A stretch of DNA of 64,000 nucleotides. It comes from Saccostrea echinata. Taxonomy: Eukaryota. Below, in pieces: positions 39,801 to 53,000 of this stretch. Numbering within the stretch: position 1 is the first letter of the stretch; each line of letters opens with the position of its first letter. A program made the translations under genes and the position numbers. The stretch lies in assembly GCF_033153115.1 (NCBI RefSeq), contig NW_026889754.1, positions 16,368,001 to 16,432,000 of the forward strand, given 5' to 3'. The notes beneath the pieces were generated by a model. That model ran no database searches. It was not told the DNA's origin and saw only the letters and a program-made list of their open reading frames with translations.

Positions 39801-42800
39801 AAAACAAGGCACCTGAAGATCTGGCATGATCACTCTGATATTCTTAACCACAGCTATATCACCATCATGGTAAGCACACTTTACGACTCTGCCTCCTTCA
39901 TCACAGATGAAGAATACAAGAGGAAGTACCCAGAGCGTCCACCAGCTGATGTTCAAGCAATGGTAGAAAAGCCATTTCTCTACGTACTTGGGCAGTCTTC
40001 TAGCAGTGATGTTGACCAGCTTTCCTACATGCCAGCAAGGGTTGATGACCTCTCGAGTCTTCGGAACCAGGATGGTGACGTCCGGTACATTTTAAGATAC
40101 TTCAGTGGAGACGGCCCCGCCAGACAGTTTGAAGCTGGTCACCAGAGGGGAGGAAATTTCAGTTGTTTATGTGGCATTTGTTCAAAGGACCACATGAATC
40201 TAGAGTGTGCGTTCAATAGTAAAGCTCCAACACTTCAGGAAAGAGTGGAGATTCTTAGAAAAGGAGTGTTATGGAAACAGTTTTCCTTAACGAGACCATC
40301 ACCATTTGCCAATTTAAAAAAAATAGAAATTGTAAGAGAACTCAATGCTAGAGGGTGTGATACAGTAAACAAGAGCAAGGGTGAACTGCAGGAAGAGCTG
40401 GTAAGAACACTCAGAGGGATTCAGAGACCACCAGCCTTCTTCACAACAAGTCAAGATGTGTCAGACCTACTCCAAACTTACGAAGTACCACCAGCTGAAC
40501 CCCTTCATGACATTACGAATATCGTGCAGAACCTAATTACAGAGCTTCCCCACCATATTGATGATGCTGACACAAAGAAAGATTATGAACAGTTTTCAGT
40601 TACCACCATCGGAGACAAAAATCAGCTGAAAGGATCTGATGCCCGTCTTTTTGCAGTGAAGTTGGCAATGTTTTCACACTCAAAGTTCTCAGAGAATAAA
40701 ATTAGTAAGGATATTTATGAACTGTGCACCTGTTCAGTAGAGATAATATCCATCTGCTATAGTCCATATCAACAAAGAACAACCAAGAAAATTCTAAGAT
40801 TGTATAATCTCTGCTTCAAATTCAGCATTCTTTCAAGGACAGTTATCAGCATACCAAAGAAGATGACTACCAGAAAATTCTATGGCTCACATTTCCACAG
40901 CCTAACAGTTCACACCCCAGAAACTTTCAGATTAATTTGTCTGCGCTCCCTGATTCCAGAACAAGAGGAAAGATCATTTGGGGATCTACGAAACATCTCT
41001 CTCAACACAGCTAACAGACAATGTGGTAAAATCATAGACAATGCAGTTCTCAGGTACAATGCACAACAGCTGAATGAAAACAAAAAAGATTATGTTAAAC
41101 ATCAAGACTCGATCATCAGTCACCAAGCCAAACGTCTTCCAAAGACAGGGAACACCTTATTTGATATGGATTTCCTACAAAAAAGACCAACCTTATTTCA
41201 AACCCACTGCCAAAGGATCTCTGATTTCCTGAGTTGTGGTGAGAGCACTTGGTGGTCTATCTGCAGTGATGGCATAATGTTTCATGATGGTCCAGACGAG
41301 CAAGACTTTCAAAGTTATCCACCTCTTAGTCACTTCCGTTCCATGACAGGAAAAGATCAAGAAAGAGTATTAGAGGGGGAATGGCAGAAGTGCATTCAGC
41401 AATATGAAGACTCTGCTCTCAGACTGCCACTCTGCAAGATTAGAATTTTTCAAGAGGGAAAACTTTGCAGAATTGTGAAAAATGATGGTATGTCAAAAGA
41501 TTGTTATCAAAATTATCATCATAAATACTAAATTCAAATTTTCAAAATTTCCTTAAAATGTTAAAAATATTAACATGACCAAAAATCATTAACTAAAGTT
41601 TTGTCCTTTTCTCCAAAATTTATCAGCTGTTCTTAAAAATGACACATAAATGAATACACATTTAGCAAATCCTCCTTTCTTCAGATTTCATTAGAGCGGT
41701 GGAAGAGTACAATAGATTATCTGTCATGAAGGCATCACATACACCCCAGCAGTTGATAGGTTCTACAGCAAACAAGGCCAGCAACACAGGTATTCCTACA
41801 ATTAATATGCATACTTTATTATTCATTAACTTGTATTTTGTACTTTTACGTGTGGATATATCATAAGTATAATATTATGTATCAATTATGTCATCATGAG
41901 AGCTCCAAAATTGTGAAAAGGTGTCAGATTTAAGTGATACCTACAATTTTATTCTTGACAATTGTAATTTTGTTTTATTCTGTCACATTATGTGTGACAT
42001 ATACATTTATCTAGACTAGGATAACTTTGTGGTCACAATATGACTTACAAATTAAAGCATTAGCAACTAGAACTGTCACTGATAGGACTAATTACCCCCC
42101 CCCCCCAGGCAACTCATTTGAGGACATCCTTTAAACAAGAGACCCATGGGCCACAACACTCACCTGAGTAACTCTGGCCATGCTGTTCTTCACTATATTT
42201 CCCCTTTTGTAAAACCTAATGTGGCCCTAAACTACTTCCAGGGTTCAGGATTTGAACAATTTAGTATCTACACCACCCAAGGATGCTTCCACATAATTTC
42301 AGCTTTTCTGGCCCGTGGTTCTTGAGAAGAAGCTTTTTAATGACCTCACCCTACTTTTGTCTTTTCTTGATTATCTCCCCTTGGAATGGGGCTTGACCCT
42401 TCATTTTAACAATTTAAACTCCTCTTTACCCAAGGATGCTGTGAAATAAGTTTGTTAAGATCTGTTCATGTGTACCCTTGAGATAAACATCACTGATATG
42501 TATATAGACATAGGTAGATGGTCAGACAGACAGACTTTCTGATTCCACTTATGCCCCGAGACATTACTTGTCAGGTTATTATCATTATATTTTGAAATCT
42601 TATCTGTTTAAGGATCTAAAAAGTCACAAAGTACCAGATTGACACATGATGATGGTAATGATGGTGGTGATGGTCATGGTGATGATGGTGATGGTAATGC
42701 TGGTGGTGATAGTGATGATGGTGATGATGGTGTTGGGGATGATGGTCATGGTCATGGTGTCGGTGATGGTCATGCTGGTGGTGATGGTCATGATGGTATT

Positions 42801-45800
42801 GGTGATGATGGTGTTGGTGATGATGGTGTTGGTCATGGTGTTTGTGATGTTGGTGATGGTCATAGTGTTAGTGATGGTGTTGGTTATGGTCATGGTGGAG
42901 ATGATGGTGTTGGTCACGGTGTTGGTGATGGTCATGGTAGTGATGATGGAGATGGCATTGGACAAGAGACAGGTATTTCTACAAATAAGCAAATTTACAA
43001 TCAGAACCAGAGCATAGACACAAGTATCAAGATATACATGTATTTCATTTATCATCTTATTTATATATGAGTAATTTTTCAAAATAGTCTCCCTAAATGA
43101 AGTACAAAAGAAAGGCTTAGGAAAATCTGAAGGCTCCCACAGGTCTCAAGATGAAAATGGAAATGTACAAACCAGAGGTATTAAATTAAAAACATTTGAA
43201 AATTCAACAAAAGACCAATAGGACACAGAGCCTACCTGAGTCACTTTGGCCTTTTGCTTTTCATCAACAGATTTTTTTTCTAAATATACATGTGCAAAAT
43301 TTAGAACATGCAAAATTTAGAACATATAATCTTAATAATCTTAATTATCTCCCCTTGAAAGAGGATGTGGCTTTTTCTTGGGTAATTTTGAATTTTGAAA
43401 TTGGCCCTATGGTTCTGGAGAAGAAGCTGAAAATTTCAAAAGCTTACAATGACAATGCCGACAATAGACAACAGACAAATATTGATCCTATAAGCTAACT
43501 TAAACCTTCTGCTCAGATGAGCGAAAAAAATAAAACAAAAATTAACTTGAATATCTCTTTCACTTTCTTGAGAATGATTATCAGGTGTTTCAATTAATAT
43601 CTCCTATAAATTAACATATCAATTAAATAGTTAAATACCAGTACAGATAGGTTCCTTGTCAGATTATCATCATATATCTTACAAGGCCATTCTTAAAAAA
43701 TTGTTTGTTTGCCCTCTCCCAACCGACTGACTAAAGACGACTTGACTTAGAACTATTTTTTACCTCTAGGAAACGATATATATTTTTTTTATTCCTGGAT
43801 TTGTTCATCCTGTCCATATGTATGTTTAAGTCTTCTAGGGGAAAAAAATTTTCTCACCTACTTACTGACCCAATTTCTTACCCTGAGTTGGGAGAGGGCA
43901 AACAGACATTATTTTAAAGATTGCCTAATCTTATGTAATGCAGAATCTGTAAAGTCACAGATTACCCAAATGACAAATTATGACGGTGATGATGGGCATG
44001 GTGATGATGGTGGTGATGATGGACTTGGTGATGATGATGGTGACGATAATGGTGGTCAAAGGCATGGTGATGATGGTGGTGATGATGATGATGGCATTGG
44101 ACAAGAGAAAGGTATTTCTACAAATATGCAAATTTACAATCAGAACCTAAACATAGACTAGATTACCAAAATATATTTCATGTATTGTCTGATAAGAATA
44201 TTTATCGATGAGTGTTATTTTAAAACTTTCTCCCAGATGAAGTACACAAGAAAGGCTTGAGATAATTTAAAGGATTCAACATGTATTTTACCTTGATGAT
44301 AAGATTATTATGTTTTAAACAAAACTGTATTTATAAAATGTTCTATACATTGACACTTTCAATGGATAAACACCAGTGATGATATGTCTATAGATAGATG
44401 GTCAGACAGACACGCATACTTTGCGATTCCAGTTTAGCTTTCAGATTTTTATTGTCAGGTTATCATCATTATATTTTATAATCAAATCTATTGCAGAAAA
44501 GTCACAGATTACCCGAATGACAAGTGATTGTGATGATGAACATGGTAATGATGGTGGTGATGATGGGCATGTAGATGGACTTGGTTATGGAAGTCATGGT
44601 CATGGTGGTAATGGTGTTGGTGGTGATGGTAGTGATGGTGTTGGTGGTGATGGTGTTGGTGGTCATGGTGGTGATGGTGTTGGTGGTCATGGTGGTGATG
44701 GTGTTGGTGGTCATGGTGGTGATGGTGCTGGTCATGAGGGTGATGATGATGTTGGTGTTGGTCATGATGTCGGTGATGGTCATGATGTTGGTGTTGGTCA
44801 TGATGTCGGTGATGGTCATGATGTTGGTGATGGTCATGGTGGTGATGATGGTGATGGCATTGGACAAGAGACAGGTATTTCTACAAATATGCAAATTTAC
44901 AATCAGAACCAGAGCATAGACACAAGTATCAAGATATATTTCATTTATCCTCTGATAAGAATAGTTATCAATGAGTGTTATTCTTAAACTTTCTTTCAGA
45001 TGAGGTACACAAGAAAAGCCTGGGAAAGTTTAAAGGCTTGTACAGGTCACAAGATGAAGAAGACAGTGAACAACCCTTAGGTATTTGTAGAAAAAAAATA
45101 ATTCAGAAGTCTTCAGGCATGTTACAACTTATAGGTATAGTAACTCTCCATTATAAAGAAATCACTTATAAGAGAAGCACTTGATAATAGGAAAACACAT
45201 ATATGAATCTTGGCAAAGAATAACACTATGTTCTTTATAAAAAAATATATATATATAAAGAATCTCTGTTTAAGGGAAGCAAAATTTGAAGATTCTGTGC
45301 TTCCTCATAACCAAGGTTAACTGTATATGTACTTTCCTACCAAAAATTTTTATCAATTGTTTAAAAAGACATTCAATTAATGAGTTTCTATTAATTTTAC
45401 CAAGATGAGATAGGCAAAGAAGGCATTTGGAAATCAAAGGGTATCCCTATATCACATAACGATTACTTTGAACAAGACAAAGGTACTTCTTACACTGAAA
45501 ATTGTAATCTTAATGGTACCAAGACTTTGCTTTTTCCTCTTTGCTAAAAACATACAATTTTCTTTTCTAGAGTTTTTTTTTTATTCTTCAGTTTATCTGG
45601 ATAAAGAACACAAAGATGTTGAGAAGTCAGGGGGTTTCCATAAGTCACATGAAGGTGAAAAAGTCACAGGTAAGTCTAAAAATCAAAATAAATGGCAAAA
45701 TTTAAGGAGTAACATTAATATCAGTACCAGCAAAGCTAACAAGGCTCCTATGCTTACAGAAACCCTTTTTTACTATATTTTATCTTTAAATTTTACCTAG

Positions 45801-48800
45801 TAAACAATGTTGACTCAAAAGGAATAGGAAATTCGGCGGGTTCCCTAATGTCACAGTCAAACAATGGTGGTGGACAAGATACAGGTAAAGCTAAAAGCAC
45901 ACAATAAACAAATAAAAGAATGATTAAAGTAAACAACAGGAAAATCATCTTGACATTACTCATACAATTTAACTTTATACTCATGTCTTAATGCAAACAA
46001 GATTTTCAAAACTGTTCAAAGAAAGTGCTCTTTAATACATATCAAGTTAAAATAAAAATATTTTAAGACAATTAATGCACATGATCCTTGGGTTTGTTAT
46101 CTGTTACTAGTTATTGGAAAAAATAACAATTTAAAGGTTTTGTTGGTGACCGTCTACAGAGATATATTGAGTTGATCAATATGATATCTTACACAGCAAG
46201 GTGAGGCAGAGCCATCTCTAAGATTGATAAACCCAATACCAGTGATTTTTTTTGGGTCAAAATGCCACCGATATTCGTCTGTTTCCCCTCACAAAAATTA
46301 GCTATTTTTTCCCAATTATTAGTATATTTTTCCCAATTTCAAACTTACGAAAATTATGTTTTAATTTTGAACAAAAGTTGCTAAATTTGCTGACACTAGA
46401 GTAAATACGTTTTTATACTTCAAATCCATGCATATTAATGAATGTGTAAAACAATGTAGATATCCATACAAGCAGATAAGTAGCTTATAATATTCTCAAT
46501 GAATTGGTCAATAGTTCCCAGATACAAGTGATATTGCATGTTGACATAATGATTTTGGTTTGACCGCCATTATTACACAGAGGGTCAGGCTAATAACAGG
46601 AAATTGACAACACATAGGGTTTCACTAAAATCAGGAAAAAACAAACAGTAGACTGTTTACTTGATTATCCATATAAGACAGTTTACTAGATTATGAGTCT
46701 AAATGCTGTTTTTGTTGTTTTTTTTAATGAAATTAGATAAAGCAATTCCAAGAAAATAGAAGCTACAAGATGTGACTAATATAAGCCATGTTCACATTCA
46801 ATAGAATATTGATGTTAATATTTTTAAATTATTATTATTTGAATTTAAATCAAATTCAAAGTTAAAATCAAACAAAATCTGTTGTTGTTACTTAGTTTGA
46901 TTACTTTATGTATTTTTTAGCATTCTAATTTACTATAAATGATTTTTCCCAATTTAAAGAAAATGTCGCTAATTTTTTCCCAATTCAAAAGGAGGGGGTG
47001 GTGGTTTAAAAAACAAAAAAAAATCACTGAATACATGAAATGTGGGTAGTCACTAACAAAACCTTATAAGTATTAATGTTGCTTGTATAAATCTTATCAA
47101 AATCATATAATGGGTCAATGAAGAAATAAGAGGCACCATAGCAACTGACTATCAAAAGAAATAATAATAAAAAAAAAAATATTTAAAAAACAATTTATGT
47201 AAATTGTAAACTGTTGAAGTTCTTAATATATTTTCTCTGATTTATTCCAGTGTTTTTATCTTCCTTAACAAAAAACAGAATAACTAGTACCTGATGCCAT
47301 TCTGTTTTCTCTCTATGTTAGACTTGCCTTTTCCAAAGGAATGTTTCTGAAAATATGTCTTAACAATAAATAAAAGGCATATATTAGCTACTGATAGTTG
47401 GCATGTTCACTCTTTAATTACAATTTTATGATTTTTAGCAAAAATCATTACAACACTATGATACTAATTTTTAGTTCTGGAATTTGCAGGTGTAAAATTA
47501 CCTTCAGGGGTTTGTGTTGAAAAAGGGCAGCCATTGCAGAACAAGCGATTACGAGAATTAGCATCAGTTGTGAGCTGTAATGCAGGTAAATATAAATAAA
47601 TCTAAAAACATAATAAATAGCACTGTGTATACATGTGCATATTTGTTATTCTTAGATTGAAGACAAAAAATGCACTTTTTCATCTGTTTTTGCAATGGTA
47701 CATGTATTAAAGATTTATGTTTCAAATGTCTTTCAGTCTTTAAGACTTTATTTTGTATGTTTGTTGTTTTACATCCCTCTCAAGAATTTTTCACTCATAT
47801 GGAGACATCTCCACTTCCTGGTGGAGGGCTGCAAATTTATACCTATACTTGACACTCAGGGCCTTTGAGCAGTGAGGGATCTTTTTCGTGCCAACACTTA
47901 TTTCGTTTATACAGTCTCATCCAAAGGACTGGTCTCCACATCCCGCGGTGGATTCAAACCCATGATGTAAGGATCAGGTCCTTACTCCACAACTCTCGAG
48001 CAGATGCTCTAACCACTGTGCCACGTAGGCAACCTTTACGACTTTGAAAAAATTTTTTGGACAAGTAAAAATTTTGTTGGAACAAGAAAATTTCAGTTAT
48101 TTGTCGGAATGGCCAAGTAAGAGGAGAAAGCCTGAATATAATTATGCAACCCTGAACATAGAATTATCACAGACATTGTGAGAATGGTTTATAATGTTTT
48201 TGATATTCTCCAGATTGTTCCAATGAGAAAAAACCATGTAGGCGTAGGCTTTTTACAGAGGGACCAGGTATCTACTATACTTTTGTGATCTTGTTGAATA
48301 ATGAAGTTTTTGAATTTTTAATTTAAATCAAGTGTACTGTTGATAGACAGTAAATGCTCACAGGATATTTTGTTTACCTTAGATACAGAATCTACCGTCT
48401 ACATGGTGAAAGCCCTCCTGCCTAGCAATGACCCAGTATTGGCCGAATTCATCAAGTACAGAAGACTCCTGAAAAATGATAAATCATTTAAACAATCATA
48501 CGAGCGTGCATTAGCAAAACTACAGACTTCCATCAGCAAAAAACACAGGGAGTTGCTGGAAAGTAAAGAGCAGGAAAAATCTGTCCCTCTGATTAAAATG
48601 GCAGAGAAACTGTTACTTCGTTGGAACATTTATTTTTAGATGGTTAAGTCTTATGATCAATTTTCAAAGAATTTACGTGGATCTCTAAAAATGCCTTACT
48701 TATTAAGCACGATACTGTTTTTCCTAATAATTTATTACATAAGAAGTTTTTAAATGTAACACTGCATGGGTATACTTTATCTGTTTGTCCATTATGTATT

Positions 48801-50052
48801 GTCATGAAATACTGTCCATAATTAACTTTCACCTGGATCATAAAAAGATGATATATGCTATGGATAAACATATTGATAAAGTTCATGTAAACATGAATGA
48901 AATTCTAGTGTGATTATTTACATGGATTACATTACTTCTAAATATACCTTGTAACTTTAATATATGCACGAGCAATAGAAAGGTTTTGTTCAATCATTCA
49001 AAAATTTCTCACAATTTTCTGTATGACCTGTTTATTGTATACAAATGAATACATGAATGGAGGTTTGGGGGGTTGGAGTGGGACGGTGGCTGGTGTTTAA
49101 ATTTTCTGACCGTTAATTTTGGTTTACAAGGAGGTGGTTGGTTATCTGATATACACTTAGGATACTGTTGTGTGTTTTTGTGGGATTGAAATGTTTGCTG
49201 TAGGCTAGTAAATAACAATCATTTATATTCATTATTTTTGACTAAAAATATATTTCCAGGGCGATGCAGACTAAACATGCTAAAAATATGAATATTTGAA
49301 AATTTAAATAAAAAATTAATTTGTGTTTTAATGTATGTAAATATAGGGTCTCAGCAAAATGTTTGTAAACAAACATGAACTAAATGTTTTCATTTTAACA
49401 CATGATGTAAATAGGCCATGTCATTTACTTGTACAGCTGTACAGTGGTTGTAAACAAATGTGCATTACTATTCAGATTAAACCTTGTCATATGCATGATG
49501 CCAATTAAGGGATTTAGAGTTCTTTGATCAATTCAAAACCTAAGAAGATACAGGAATTTTAAGTAAACAACAAAGTCAACTTTCAGCATTGAATTATTAA
49601 CAAAAAATTGTAGCATGCATTTTATAATTTGATATTTCTAGTGTCTTAAATTTTTTTATTCTTTGATCTGCTTTTTTTTTTCTTTTTTTTTTTTTTATAA
49701 TATGCTGTGTTGCTTATTAGACTATGCTTCGGTTTAAAGTAACAATGATGAAAATGAACAAAATCAGTGCAGCAAATAAAATGTGCCAAATAATGTTTGT
49801 TAGGACCAACCTTGACCCAAAATCACTAACTCTCCCATGGAGAAATTAAAGGGAAAAATTCTAATCGTAGGGAAACTTCCTAGAATCTGCACTGTGCATT
49901 GATCATTAAACTTAAAATTTTAAATACATAGACATGTCAATGTATATTCATAAACATGTACTTATATATTCCTCTGTATTTTTCAAATGACAATAATACA
50001 TCTGTATCTACATTATGGTGTTATGTTTTTTGTTTGTTTGTTTATCGTTAAA

Positions 50053-50088
<36 letters not shown>

Positions 50089-53000
50089 CCACCACTTGCC
50101 GGTGGAGAGCTGCAAATTTTGACCTATACTCAGCACTCAGGGCCATTGAGCAGTGAGGGATCTTTTTCGTGCCAGCACCTTCTGCAACACGGGACCTCAG
50201 TTCATACAGTCTCATCCGAAGGACCCGTCTCCACATCCCACAGTGAGATTCCTTACTCCGCGACTTATTGTGTTATGAAAAACACTCCTTAATGTCGATT
50301 AAGAGTTCAACTTCATGACTGTGAGTGTTCGCCAGTCAATACCTCCAATTTAATAACAGCAACATGTGTTTGTATTGTGTATTCACGGCATGAACTTTAC
50401 ATTTTGACAAAAGAAAGGTCCAAAACCCTCTTCAACTTTTTTGACATGATATTGATACCTGCCGTGTTCTACTTCTGTCTTGGTGGGCAATTCTAGAGGA
50501 GTTTCTACCAAGTGTTCGATGTAATGATCAACTGCATTGAAAACAGATACTCTGCTGTGATTCATATTTTAACAGCAGTAAAACAAAACAACATTTGAGT
50601 ATATGATTTTTTGTTAACTGGCAAAACACTTGTCCGCAGGCAGGTACTAGTCATCAAATAACTTGCCTGCCAAACGAAATTGGTTGTCCCCGGCATTGGG
50701 GAATGCTATTTGTCTAGCCCTTCACCCAGAACTTTTGTAATTCCTTTGATTTTCAACCCCAATCATAACACACAGTTCATTTTTTTAGGAAAAAAGGAGG
50801 GTTTTTGCAATTGGCAATGGGACATAAATTTGGCCCTACATGGGGCAGTGGAAAATTCCTGTATTCAGCAGATTTAATAAAATTGAATGTATAAATATTA
50901 ATTATTATATTATTATTATATTTGTCAGGATGTAGGTTCATGGATAAGCATGACCTGTAAAATACAAGAACATTGGACCCCCCAAATGCTACGCATTTAT
51001 TGACAGGGTTCAAGGTCAACATGCTTTTTATTTAACCAAGAACCAAACTGTTTGCCTGAGGCCATTAGGCTGAAGGAGAACAGTTTGGTTTGAGGGTTGA
51101 CAAAATGCACTTTGCCCAAGAACTCAGTCAATAAATGTTTTGTTATACCTTTTATTTATTTTGATTCTTTTTGACATACAGTACATGTATGTTCTAGCTT
51201 CCGTGATGTAAACTGATGTTACACTCGGTCAATTCCGTTACTGTTCCAATAAATGCAAATGAGATTTAGCTATCATTCAGCACATTGTGTGACGTAAGCG
51301 TTCCAATATCTAACTCTGCGGTCAAACATCTTTTTTTTCTAATCGCTCAGTAAAACATTGCAATTGATAGACTTTTTAAGCATAGATTGGTATAGAGAAA
51401 CTTTTTTTTAAAAGGTATAACAAGAAGTTATATTTGACATTAATAAAATAATGCAGTACTCTTTGTGAAACATGAAATAAAAATATTGTGTATTAAAGCT
51501 TTAACATGTTTTATAATGTCAATGTGCGACTTCAGTTATAAACAATTGAAATTGATGCTGAAACACACACCAAAAATATATATATCCATATAAAACAGTG
51601 CTTGTTCAAGTTGTTGTTACTTAAAATTTCATTTTTTTTTTTTTTAGAGTTGCACTTGTTCATATTTTTGTGCTCTTGTGCACCATCAGTACAGTGAATC
51701 TCAGACTCCCATGGGGTATTTCATTTAAAGTGCAACAATAAATGCTAATCTTGTGCAGAATCCTACAAAACTAGACTTCCCCACAGGAGTTCGCAATTTT
51801 ATCAATAAAGTAGGGGTGAAACGATACACCTCCTTCACGGTTCGATACGTATTGTATAATTTTGTCTCGGTTCGGTTATTTTCGATACGATACATTTTGA
51901 TAAAAGGAAACAAATTCTATGTTGTTTTATGCTTTCTTTTTCTAAATCTAGTCACATATTTTACGAATTTTATTTGCAAATTGACTAGAAGAAATTGATT
52001 GAAATTATTTGACTGTCAAAAATTATTTTACAACCTATCAGTCATCAAAAATTTACGTTTTCTATACTTATTTATTCTGAGTAACGTGTTATACCTTATG
52101 CCAAACCCGACTGAATAACGATCCCGACCGAAAAATGAACCGAACCGAAAATTAGAGATTTTGCACCGTGTATCAAACCGAGAAAAAATACCGCGGTGCA
52201 TCGATACCGCGGTGAACCGTTTCACTCCTACAATAAAGTCAATAAAAATCACTCGATTGACCAAGCAATGAGCTATGCGTTAGCATAGCGAACAGTTGCA
52301 TTCCTGTTCGCTATGCTAACGCATAGCTCATGACTTGGTCAATCGAGTGAATTGATAAAATTGCGAACTCCTGTGACTTCCCATATGGGGCCCCAGTATT
52401 TAAAACTTTTTCAATGATGATAAACTTGAGTGTTCGGAGTATTATAATAACACGAAATATCACTTCATCTTCTTTTATGCAATAACTAAAATGTACAGTA
52501 TATGCTATCACACTATAAAGAAATCATACAACTTCTTTTTAAAAGAAGAACCCTCAAAAAGAATATGAACCACGTGGTCTGTAACAATATTCCGGCGAAT
52601 TTTCTTAAAATTACGCATTTCATCACGGTATAACAGTCTAAATGAAATTGTAAACTTACAATGAAACTCTGTCCTGCAAATATTCGGCATCTACCATCAT
52701 GTCAGGCAACAATTTTGTTGTAAATTCCATCAAGACACTGGAAGAAACAAGCTTTTCCCACGCACCTGCCAGCCCCAGTCGTGACGAGACGGTGAAAGCG
52801 CCGAGCCGACGTAGATCAGCTCCAAACGACATTATGTAATTTCATAGAAAATACATTTATGGAGCTGATTTAGCGATCAAAACGAAACAAACAAATAACA
52901 TTTATAAGAAACCATACAAAACAAATCTTTAAAGTATAGATAAATAAGTATATAAAAATAAAACACGTATTAAAGTTTTCTCATGAATAATTATAAAAAT

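Larger units (their letters stand above)
49113..52832 (-). pseudogene. Candidate second, convergent multi-exon gene of the transposon (unknown product; needs two homopolymer frameshifts corrected)
   Basis: ATG at 52832 opens MSFGADLRRLGAFTVSSRLGLAGAWEKLV...DRVSL to a gtaagt donor (exon 52660-52832). Further phase-2 exon candidates: 52530-52578, 50726-50868, 50459-50554, 49113-49197. GC box and E-box lie upstream. Confidence 0.4.

Noticed and set aside
38436-41531. Calling the ORF a true RAG1/RAG1L ortholog
   Set aside because: No recognisable RING/ZFA or nonamer-binding GRPR motif. Termini (CGC) and TSD (2 bp) differ from RAGL elements (CAC, 5 bp). Only the catalytic signature is shared.
42624-44919. 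Met/Val-rich (+) and Thr/Ile-rich (-) ORFs overlapping the Gly/Asp/His repeats
   Set aside because: Alternative frames of a GAT/GGT triplet repeat are stop-free by composition. Only the G/D/H frame fits the splice phases.
50955-51022. ORF MLTLNPVNKCVAFGGSNVLVFYR with a kelch-like FGG, tempting as a RAG2-like exon
   Set aside because: Its first half is the arm of a hairpin-type repeat (pairs with 51094-51136). A single FGG with no further kelch repeats or PHD finger is not evidence for RAG2.
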